A stretch of 63,143 nt of DNA from positions 1-63,143 of the IMG/VR virus record IMGVR_UViG_3300009149_000033; one strand, 5' to 3'. Each line of letters starts with the position of its first letter. Position 1 is the stretch's first letter. The notes below the pieces were generated by a model. That model searched no databases, was not told the origin of the DNA, and saw nothing but the letters and a program-made list of their open reading frames with translations. The position numbers and the translations under genes are program-made. Shown here in pieces: positions 1 through 7,634 of this stretch. This stretch comes from a virus (lineage: Duplodnaviria > Caudoviricetes).

Positions 1-80
1 ATAGTACAGTCCGCAACTACGTGAATAGACTGAACGAGCTTACACTCTAGTTCTGGTATAGACCTAGCTCCCCACTTCAT
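1..80 (-). CDS. 5' part of a hypothetical protein running off the window (MKWGARSIPELECKLVQSIHVVADCT...)
   Basis: Manual translation. The ATG at 80 overlaps the TGA of the upstream 29-aa ORF (ATGA coupling), and the frame is open to the window edge. Confidence 0.4.
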   Translation of the reverse strand, partial: MKWGARSIPELECKLVQSIHVVADCT

Positions 81-166
81 ACTCTTCTCGCTGAATCAAT
101 AAGCATATTACTTTGAAAGTTTTCTGTAGAAAAAGCTGACCCGCTACCTAAGAATGTAAGTTTCAT
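77..166 (-). pseudogene. Truncated N-terminus of an MBL-fold metallo-hydrolase (MKLTFLGSGSAFSTENFQSNMLIDSARRV*)
   Basis: Strong RBS (AGGAG) then ATG at 166. MKLTFLGSGSAF...NFQSNMLI is the typical first strand/loop of RNase Z/PhnP-like MBL hydrolases, but TGA follows after 29 codons with no HxHxDH motif. Confidence 0.6.
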
Positions 167-199
167 TTTTATCTCCTATTTTATGTGTTATAAATACAA

Positions 200-370
200 C
201 TATTTTTTTCTGCGCACAAGAGAGTTCCTTAAAAACTGTAACATTTTGAGAGCTTTAGGATAAGAAAATGAATCTGGCAAACTTTCAGGATTAGTCCTAT
301 AAATCTTAAGATCCTTTTTTACTCTGTTTATTTCAACTATTACATCTTCCCTTGTCTTTTTTTTAATCAT
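200..370 (-). CDS. Small basic hypothetical protein, 56 aa (MIKKKTREDVIVEINRVKKDL...LVRRKK)
   Basis: Manual translation; not in the supplied ORF track, whose shortest entries are 60 aa. The ATG overlaps the end of the sigma gene and the ORF fills the gap. Confidence 0.55.
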   Translation of the reverse strand: MIKKKTREDVIVEINRVKKDLKIYRTNPESLPDSFSYPKALKMLQFLRNSLVRRKK

Positions 371-1067
371 GGTAACTTTTCCACTCGCGATACTTTTCTT
401 TCAACTCGTTTTTAATCAAACGAATCATAGCGGTAGACAAACTAAGCATACTTGCTATGTCAGTGCCAAGGCATCCTTCTCTCTTCCTGTCTATATACAT
501 TACCATTCTTTCTGCTTTATTCTTTGGCTCAGTACGTTTAATGTAGCGTTTAAACTCTTCCAATTCTCTGTTAAACTCAGCCTCTTTCGCAGAATCAATA
601 GCAGGGCAACTAAACCTGCAGTCTACCTTAAAACTTACTGAAGAGGTTTTATCTGCCGTGCTACGCTCTTCATCTTCTTCAGTTTTTTTAGACACACGTT
701 TCTTTGGCTCAAAGTCTACGGTATGTGTGCTCTTACTACTAATAAAATCCCACACATCTACGTTCTTTTGAGTGCTATTACAGCCCGCAACAGTAACCGA
801 TGAAAAAACATCAAAATTAACCCTAAAATTATCTCTCCTAGACTTAGGTAGGGTCCAGAAAAAAAGATTAGTGATGTAAGTCTTGAAAGTACCGGCTTCT
901 TCATCATAAATTTCAAGAGCTCTAGTCTCTATAAGTTTTACGTAGAAGTCCTGTATAGATTCATCTACTAGATCTTTATCGAATATACCTGTCTTATAGT
1001 TCATAAGACGACGTAAATCACCTTCATTCTTTCTTGCAAAATCTTCAACCGAGCGAACTACAACCAT
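363..1067 (-). CDS. Phage sigma70-family (ECF-like) sigma factor
   Basis: Region-2-like segment (VDESIQDFYVKL...YDEEAGTFKTYI) and a C-terminal region-4 HTH (GTDIASMLSLSTAMIRLIK); GGAGG RBS upstream. Confidence 0.7.
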   Translation of the reverse strand: MVVVRSVEDFARKNEGDLRRLMNYKTGIFDKDLVDESIQDFYVKLIETRALEIYDEEAGTFKTYITNLFFWTLPKSRRDNFRVNFDVFSSVTVAGCNSTQKNVDVWDFISSKSTHTVDFEPKKRVSKKTEEDEERSTADKTSSVSFKVDCRFSCPAIDSAKEAEFNRELEEFKRYIKRTEPKNKAERMVMYIDRKREGCLGTDIASMLSLSTAMIRLIKNELKEKYREWKSYHD

Positions 1068-1088
1068 TAGTAACCTCCGAAATTTGGA

Positions 1089-4000
1089 TTAAATATTATA
1101 CCAAAGGCACAAGGACTGAAAAGCATCAACAGAGACTTTATTATAAACTTTATGCAGCACACTCCCGTCCGGAGCGACAAGCTTTATCCGACATTTAGGG
1201 CCTATCAACTGGCTGTCGTACTCATTTAGCATGTCTATTATATTCTTCAAATGGTTTGATACCATAGGAACAATAGATTTTATTTCATATACGTAAAAGC
1301 CCAAATCATCTAAGTAGTTTTTTAGCCTGTCGTCTGCTAGGGCTTTTTCGTCCACTTCTACATCTTTATCTTTAGACTGCACTACTTTATCATTTTTAGT
1401 CTCAGAAAAAGTAACAGTAAAATTTATGTACGGGTCTGTGCCGTTACTCTCTGAAATAAAACTATGCTTCTGAATCTCATGCGACTGATTTGAGTGCCCT
1501 TCTTGCTCCGTTTGAGTGTCCTTTCTCTTAATATCTGGCTCTTCTTCTTTTTCTTCCGGAACCTCCTTTTCTTCGGGTTTTTCTATCTCAGGTTCTATTT
1601 CAGCCCCTGGCTCTTCTTCAGAAGAATGTTCTGTAGAATTAAACTCATTTTTAATATCAGGCAGTGCTGAGCCCTCTGCATTAGCTTCTTTTTCTAGCTG
1701 TGCTTTTTCTTTAAAATAATCGTTTGTAATAGAGAAGCTGTCGCCGTACTCAGCATCAACCTCTAAACCTACGGGCCATTTTAAACGTTCAGTAAACTCT
1801 CTTAGCTTCATTATTTCAGATATATTTTCTATAAAATAACCAAGCATGTCTTCTTTTACTTCATATACAATTTCATCATGCACAGGCATTAAGATACGGA
1901 TTTGATCGTCACCAAAACCGTTGCTATGTATCCATTTCCATACACGGTACAAAGCTATCTTAATAATATCCGCCCCTCCACCCTGAATGCAGCTGTTGAT
2001 TGCGCAACGGTCACCACGAGCCATAATCTGACGATCACTACTTCTGTAAAACTCAGTAAGAGGACGCCGACGACCAAAAGCGGTTTTACTATACCCTCTT
2101 TTCTTAGCTCTTTTAGCTTCATCTACTAACCACTTCGCTAATACATCATATTTTTTAAAAAAGTTAAATAGCATCTTCTTCGCGATGTCTACAGAAAGTT
2201 TAGCACGTACAGCAAATCCTCCCGCACCCCCACCATAAATTGTGTGGAAGTTAAGTGTATTGTGAGTTACTAAGCCCTCCGCAACATAGGTGTGGTCTCC
2301 TTTTATAGTAAGGTCCATTAACTCTACTGAATCATGAAACTCTTTTCCTTTTACCTTAGTTACCCATTCTTGACCCTTAAGAGTTTTTGCGGCCTTTGGT
2401 TTATCTATTAGTGCCTGTAGTTTAGCTTTCTTTATATTACTAATAAAACCTATATTCTTATAAAATTCCTCGGCACCTGCTCTACCAAATTGAACCTGGT
2501 AATAAACCCTGTCGTATCTTTTGGAAAGTTTTTCATATATATAAGATTTTACGTCAAATTGAGCCAGCAACAAAACTACGTCTCTAGCCAAGTCTATGTC
2601 TTTGGTACATATAGAAACGGTACCGGACTTATCAACTGTGCCATCCGTCTCAAAAAGAGCTTGTAAAAACCCTCTAGATACATCTTTAGTTGACCTTAAA
2701 ATCCAATCAGGTACTTTAAAAATCTTTTTATGCCTGCCTGAAAATCCTATTCTTTCACAAAATCTAGAAAAAACAGTAGACCCTACATTAATTTCCCATA
2801 AAGCCTGGTAACTTTCTGGCTTGTCTTTTCTTTTACGTAACTTTGCGCTACAAGGTAATCCTAGGCCCTCAGCAGTTCTAATAATATCTTCTTTTACGTC
2901 GGAGTATTTTTCAGAGCAAATAATACCGGCATGGTACCTGTGTATATGCCCATCTCCTAAAAGATACCCTAATAGCTTTCCCCACTGATAATTAGGCTTA
3001 ATGTAAGGTAAACTATCGCTAATGTTGTTATCTTTTCCTTTTGCCCAGAAATTAAAATGAATATCAGGAGAAACCTTTGGGTTAATTAACTTACAAGAAC
3101 TTGAGAGTATTTCTTGCCCTAGTTTTAAATCCTCTGCTCTTACCCACTCTCCTGCTGGAGTGAGGAATCTATGGTTGTATCCACATTTTATTTTATGGCC
3201 AGAAGAGGATATTATTGTTACCGCTTTTTTTACTCCCATATCATGTATAGCTTCTATCTTTTTAAGCTTACCGGTATGAGTAATTACTTTGTCTTTAAGT
3301 GTAAGCTCTTCTACAGGTATCCACCCTCTTTGTGTTGCTATCCTAGTACCTTTAGCTACGCACTTACCTAACCCACGTTCCTGCTTATTAATTTCTTCTT
3401 TGCCGTGGATAATCTTACCAGTAATAGTATGCAGATCTGCAGAGCCGTGATTAAACTCCTGGATCCATTTAGGCTCCCTAGACATGTTAGCTGCGATACG
3501 AAGTTCTTCACCACTATAGTCAATGGTAAATATCTTATATCCAGGGCGGGCTATTACTGCTCTACGCATATCTATAGAATCCGGGTCATTCTTATTATAG
3601 GTAGGTATGTTTTGGCAGTTGACTCCACAACACCCATCTACTTTTATACCCCTACCACCACTAGCAGAAAAACGTCCTGTATCCGCTCGTACCTGATTGA
3701 GTTGGAACTTTGCGTAATTATCCTCGTCAACATTATTTAAGAAATTTTCTATGTACGTGCCGAGAAGTTTAGTGTATCCGCGATAAGATAAAATCTTTTT
3801 TACGATAGGAGCTTCTTGTTCTATCAACACAAGAGTTTTTTCATCAGTCTTATACTGACCGCTTGCGCTCTTTTCTTTAAGAGGATAACGAATCTTAAGC
3901 TCGTCAAAAAGCAGTGTACCGAGCTGTTTAGGACTATTTATATCAAACTCACGCCCTGCTATAGCGTGTACATCTTTTAATATATTTTTCATACGACTTT

Positions 4001-4817
4001 GGACATCTTCTTTTATTTTAAGAAGATACTCGCGGTCTATCAAAACATGGTTGCGCTCCATCTCCATTGTAACGAAAAGACAACGCTTTTCAATCTTATA
4101 GATATACCAAGGACCTTGCTTACCGTCAGGATCTTGTTGGTCGATACTTTTCTTAAATACCAGGTATAACCCCAGCGTATTCATGGCATCACTAGCACCA
4201 TAGTATACAGCGGTCTGAGGAGGAACCATGTCAAACGCAACTACCTTCTTTTTAGAACCGGTAACCCCGAGCTCAGAAATTTCTATCATGGGACGTTTTA
4301 AAATATGCTCTGAAAGCCATTTTAATCCTTTATCTTTACGGGAGGCATCCTGAATAGCAGCCATAAGATAAGTATCTTCATATAAGTCTTCATCCTCAAT
4401 AATGATGCCATGATTCCTTAATACTTCTCCATCGTATTTAAAATTATGATAGACACAAATACAATTAGCTGTTAGTCTTTTTAGTTGCTGTACCATAAAT
4501 TTATATGGCACATTATACTCTTTATCCTCATGGGATACTGGTATGTATACTCCTTCGTTAGGAGATATAGCCAAACAGACTCCAACTATTTTTGCATATA
4601 CTCCCCCATTTTTTTTCCTACGTGTATTAAGACTCGTGGTCTCTAAGTCAAGCCCGCAAATACCTTTTTCGATAAGACGGTCTATATATTCTTCTACCTC
4701 TGTAGGTTTTGTAAGAAGTAAAAAAGTTTTATCTTGCATCCAAGGGCGAAGGTCTAATAATTCCTTGACGGCATCCTCAGTAAAAACATCTAGCATTCCG
4801 GTGGCAATATCACCCAT
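1089..4817 (-). CDS. polA: Family A DNA polymerase with 3'-5' exonuclease, an intein and a C-terminal extension
   Basis: ExoI GLDLETT, ExoII HNFKYD, ExoIII YGASDA; DTGRFS; motif A DYSGEELR; motif B RGLGK/TLNFHTIYG (split by the intein); motif C VHDE. No 5'-3' exonuclease domain. Start placed at ATG 4817 (AAGGTG RBS) rather than GTG 4826. Confidence 0.95.
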   Translation of the reverse strand: MGDIATGMLDVFTEDAVKELLDLRPWMQDKTFLLLTKPTEVEEYIDRLIEKGICGLDLETTSLNTRRKKNGGVYAKIVGVCLAISPNEGVYIPVSHEDKEYNVPYKFMVQQLKRLTANCICVYHNFKYDGEVLRNHGIIIEDEDLYEDTYLMAAIQDASRKDKGLKWLSEHILKRPMIEISELGVTGSKKKVVAFDMVPPQTAVYYGASDAMNTLGLYLVFKKSIDQQDPDGKQGPWYIYKIEKRCLFVTMEMERNHVLIDREYLLKIKEDVQSRMKNILKDVHAIAGREFDINSPKQLGTLLFDELKIRYPLKEKSASGQYKTDEKTLVLIEQEAPIVKKILSYRGYTKLLGTYIENFLNNVDEDNYAKFQLNQVRADTGRFSASGGRGIKVDGCCGVNCQNIPTYNKNDPDSIDMRRAVIARPGYKIFTIDYSGEELRIAANMSREPKWIQEFNHGSADLHTITGKIIHGKEEINKQERGLGKCVAKGTRIATQRGWIPVEELTLKDKVITHTGKLKKIEAIHDMGVKKAVTIISSSGHKIKCGYNHRFLTPAGEWVRAEDLKLGQEILSSSCKLINPKVSPDIHFNFWAKGKDNNISDSLPYIKPNYQWGKLLGYLLGDGHIHRYHAGIICSEKYSDVKEDIIRTAEGLGLPCSAKLRKRKDKPESYQALWEINVGSTVFSRFCERIGFSGRHKKIFKVPDWILRSTKDVSRGFLQALFETDGTVDKSGTVSICTKDIDLARDVVLLLAQFDVKSYIYEKLSKRYDRVYYQVQFGRAGAEEFYKNIGFISNIKKAKLQALIDKPKAAKTLKGQEWVTKVKGKEFHDSVELMDLTIKGDHTYVAEGLVTHNTLNFHTIYGGGAGGFAVRAKLSVDIAKKMLFNFFKKYDVLAKWLVDEAKRAKKRGYSKTAFGRRRPLTEFYRSSDRQIMARGDRCAINSCIQGGGADIIKIALYRVWKWIHSNGFGDDQIRILMPVHDEIVYEVKEDMLGYFIENISEIMKLREFTERLKWPVGLEVDAEYGDSFSITNDYFKEKAQLEKEANAEGSALPDIKNEFNSTEHSSEEEPGAEIEPEIEKPEEKEVPEEKEEEPDIKRKDTQTEQEGHSNQSHEIQKHSFISESNGTDPYINFTVTFSETKNDKVVQSKDKDVEVDEKALADDRLKNYLDDLGFYVYEIKSIVPMVSNHLKNIIDMLNEYDSQLIGPKCRIKLVAPDGSVLHKVYNKVSVDAFQSLCLWYNI
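2259..3362 (-). mobile_element. 368-aa intein with LAGLIDADG homing endonuclease, inserted in PolA motif B
   Basis: Block A CVAKGTRI; block B CGYNHRF; endonuclease blocks LLGYLLGDG and FLQALFETDG; blocks F/G LMDLTIKGDHTYVAEGLVTHN followed by Thr(+1). Removing it restores K-T-L-N-F...YG. Confidence 0.95.
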
Positions 4818-5364
4818 TAACAGCACCTTTCTTTAATCTAATCACGGCATCTCTTATCTTAATAATAGATTCTTCAAATTTATCTTCGTCCGTGGAGTAC
4901 TTTAACAACATATAAGCAAAAACTAATCTTACGTACTTCTCCTGAGGTATTTCGTTCCTTATATCAGTTATTATATTGTGTAACTTTTCAAGGTATAGCT
5001 TCTTTGTGTCATATTTAACATGCTTAGCTTTTATCCTTTTTTGTTTCGCACCCTCTACCGCATCTGGTACATCAGATATATTTACGTGATACTTACGTAC
5101 TAGCCTATCTAATACTTCCCTAAAATTTGATCCATCTCTTTTAATAATATAGGAAAATAAATCCCAGCGCTCTTTACATGTCCAACAGTACATAGAATCA
5201 GTAGCTTTGTAAAACCGGGCACTTTTCTTCAAGTCTCTACCATGAAAAGGGCACGATATCTGCTCTTCTGAAAAGTCGGAGACAAGGACTCCATCTTCCT
5301 TTAGAACAGTAGCCAAGTTTATATACTCACGTATCTTATCTTTAAGTTTCGTTAAATCTTTCAT
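4810..5364 (-). CDS. Stand-alone DnaG-type CHC2 zinc-binding domain protein with no TOPRIM domain
   Basis: CPFH...SARFY...YCWTC...DLFSYI; only 184 aa, with a helical C-terminal part. Confidence 0.85.
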   Translation of the reverse strand: MKDLTKLKDKIREYINLATVLKEDGVLVSDFSEEQISCPFHGRDLKKSARFYKATDSMYCWTCKERWDLFSYIIKRDGSNFREVLDRLVRKYHVNISDVPDAVEGAKQKRIKAKHVKYDTKKLYLEKLHNIITDIRNEIPQEKYVRLVFAYMLLKYSTDEDKFEESIIKIRDAVIRLKKGAVNG

Positions 5365-6893
5365 TAGCTATCAAGATCATAAATACTTATCATGTTATCC
5401 ATCATGTCAATATCACTGTCGTCACCAGCGTAATCATATATACATTTAGTTTTAAAATTTATACAGGCGTTGAGTGCTTCAAATAGTCTGTCCCTTCTGT
5501 TCTTCAAATTACATATTTTAAGCATTCCGCTTTTTCTTTCACTTTCTCCAGCAAAGATAGATATGATAACATCAGCTGAACGCTCGGCTTCGTGAGCATT
5601 TGATAGCGCCGTAGAATCGTACATGCCATCATTTTCTTTTGCTTTCCTATATCCATCACGATTAGTCTGAAAAGGAGAAAGCATTCTTATCCCTTTACCG
5701 TTATTAAAGGTCAGACAAAGCCTTTTAAGCCTCTTAATAACAGTGTTGAGATTCTGGTTATAGTCGTTACTTTTCTCGTTACGGTCTACTCCAAGCAAAC
5801 TGATGTAGTCAATGATAACAAACTGTAAATCTTCTCTATCATTCTGTAGCTCATACTGATACTGACTAAGTTTCAGTTCTATATCAGATACAGTAGTTAC
5901 AGCCTTATCTGGTTGCCACGCAAAAAATTTACCGTAGGGATTATTTTCCCTGAAGTCTTTAACTACAAGTTTGTAGTACTCGTATTCTTCATCTGTGAGG
6001 TTACCGTATACAACATCATTGTAATTAATTTTACCTACGTATTTAGCATATTCTGGATGTTTTTCTCGAAATAAAGGATGACAAGAGTGCAGGACATACA
6101 TAGCTCTACGAATCTCAGGCATAGACATTTCAAGGGTTACGAACGCTGTGTTAAATCCTGAGTAAAGAGCACGGTATGCCATATTTAGACAAAAAGTAGT
6201 TTTACAATGCCCTGTATACGCAGCAGCAATCATAAGTTCATGATTCTTTAAACCTTTTAAAGATGAATCTATTTTTTCTATACCGGTAAAGATACCAAGC
6301 ACGTCCGCAGGATTATGCTTTACTTCTTCATACTCTTTAATAGCCTCGTCTGCATCTTCTGCACTATTTATTTGAGATTCAAGTTTAATGTTTGTTATTT
6401 GCTGCTGAAGCTCTTTCGTCTCGCTTGCAAAATAACTTATGCCGTCCATGATCCCTTTAAGATTGCGCTTATTTATGGACATACCTGTAGTTGATACTTG
6501 CAGTGTATTAGTAAGAATACGCTCCATAGAAGATATGTCTTGCTCTTCTTTATACTCCTTTATAACCTGTCTAAAACTCTGACCAACATATGGTCGTTGC
6601 TGTGCGATATCAGACAATGAGGCAAGTACTGCTTCATTGCCCTCAGTACCCTCAAAATAATCCTTTAGGTATTCCAGGCTTGGGAGCTCAGGCCCATCTC
6701 CTCCATCACAACTTTTAAGAAAATCTAGAATAAAATGATAAAGTTTCTTATATGCAGGATCCTCTGGTTCTTTAAGATTTATCTGCTGCAAAGACCTAAA
6801 ATTTTTAACAAGGTCTTGCTGAGTAATAGTAGGCTTACCTTGTGCATTTCTAATATCTACTAAAGAACGAAAAACTGTCGCTAAATTAAACAT
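5364..6893 (-). CDS. dnaB: DnaB-like SF4 replicative helicase
   Basis: TGIEKIDSSLKGL; Walker A variant AAYTGHCKTT; FVTLEMS; Walker B IIDYI; Q-x-N-R; AERSADV; KNR arginine finger. Confidence 0.9.
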   Translation of the reverse strand: MFNLATVFRSLVDIRNAQGKPTITQQDLVKNFRSLQQINLKEPEDPAYKKLYHFILDFLKSCDGGDGPELPSLEYLKDYFEGTEGNEAVLASLSDIAQQRPYVGQSFRQVIKEYKEEQDISSMERILTNTLQVSTTGMSINKRNLKGIMDGISYFASETKELQQQITNIKLESQINSAEDADEAIKEYEEVKHNPADVLGIFTGIEKIDSSLKGLKNHELMIAAAYTGHCKTTFCLNMAYRALYSGFNTAFVTLEMSMPEIRRAMYVLHSCHPLFREKHPEYAKYVGKINYNDVVYGNLTDEEYEYYKLVVKDFRENNPYGKFFAWQPDKAVTTVSDIELKLSQYQYELQNDREDLQFVIIDYISLLGVDRNEKSNDYNQNLNTVIKRLKRLCLTFNNGKGIRMLSPFQTNRDGYRKAKENDGMYDSTALSNAHEAERSADVIISIFAGESERKSGMLKICNLKNRRDRLFEALNACINFKTKCIYDYAGDDSDIDMMDNMISIYDLDS

Positions 6894-6904
6894 CTATATC
6901 TCCG

Positions 6905-7612
6905 TTAAATATTCGCATTATTTATTTGGGCGCTACGTTTTCTATTAACCGATAACTCTTCTGTACTACCGAAGCCGGGGTAAGCAAAGTTCTTGCTTAA
7001 ATCATACTTCTTAAAATGATCCTTTAGTACCTCTCCTAGTCCATCACTGTATTCTTTACTCTGTTGAAGAGAATTTATATCCGGGGCGTATATCCAGGTA
7101 GCTCTATTTACTCTTATTCTATTTTTAACGACATCAAGGATAGTTGTATCCATCGCGTTATTTTTAGCAACACTTATGAAACAAATACCAAGTAATTTAA
7201 AATTCTGTAGGTCATATAAAGTCTTTTCATCCTTACCTACAAAATAGTTATGCACTATTTGTATTCCGTCTAATAACTCAAAAGCTGTTACATTATTCCA
7301 GTAGAAGAGCATAAGAGACTTAAAGACGTAAAAAAATCTTTTTTCGGGGCCGAAAAACAGGCAATTCTTAATGCTACGTTTGTCCTCTTTTATTTCGGTG
7401 AATCTTTTTGCGATACTTATAAATTCTTTGGCGGGAGGGTCAGCTACAGTAAAAAGAGTAGGAAACTTCTTGTTTATTAGGGCTGCGTTTGTGCAGCAGC
7501 AAGGAATGATGGACTCCCCTAGTTTACCTTTTTCTCTATCAGGTTTACCCTGAATATGTAAAAACGAACTGTCCTTACAATAAGGACAAGGGCTTTCCCC
7601 TCGATAACTCAT
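6905..7612 (-). CDS. DnaC/IstB-like helicase-loader homologue with N-terminal Cys cluster and degenerate ATPase motifs
   Basis: CPYC...PCCC; LFFG at the P-loop position without GKT; C-terminal LDVVKNRIRVNRATWI resembles the DnaC sensor region; adjacent to dnaB. Start reassigned to ATG 7612 (GAGG RBS), which removes the overlap with SNF2. Confidence 0.55.
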   Translation of the reverse strand: MSYRGESPCPYCKDSSFLHIQGKPDREKGKLGESIIPCCCTNAALINKKFPTLFTVADPPAKEFISIAKRFTEIKEDKRSIKNCLFFGPEKRFFYVFKSLMLFYWNNVTAFELLDGIQIVHNYFVGKDEKTLYDLQNFKLLGICFISVAKNNAMDTTILDVVKNRIRVNRATWIYAPDINSLQQSKEYSDGLGEVLKDHFKKYDLSKNFAYPGFGSTEELSVNRKRSAQINNANI

Positions 7613-7634
7613 ACAAGACCTCTTTTTATAAAGC

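Noticed and set aside
189-196. TATAAATA (T4 late promoter box)
   Set aside because: On the non-coding strand, and expected by chance in AT-rich DNA.
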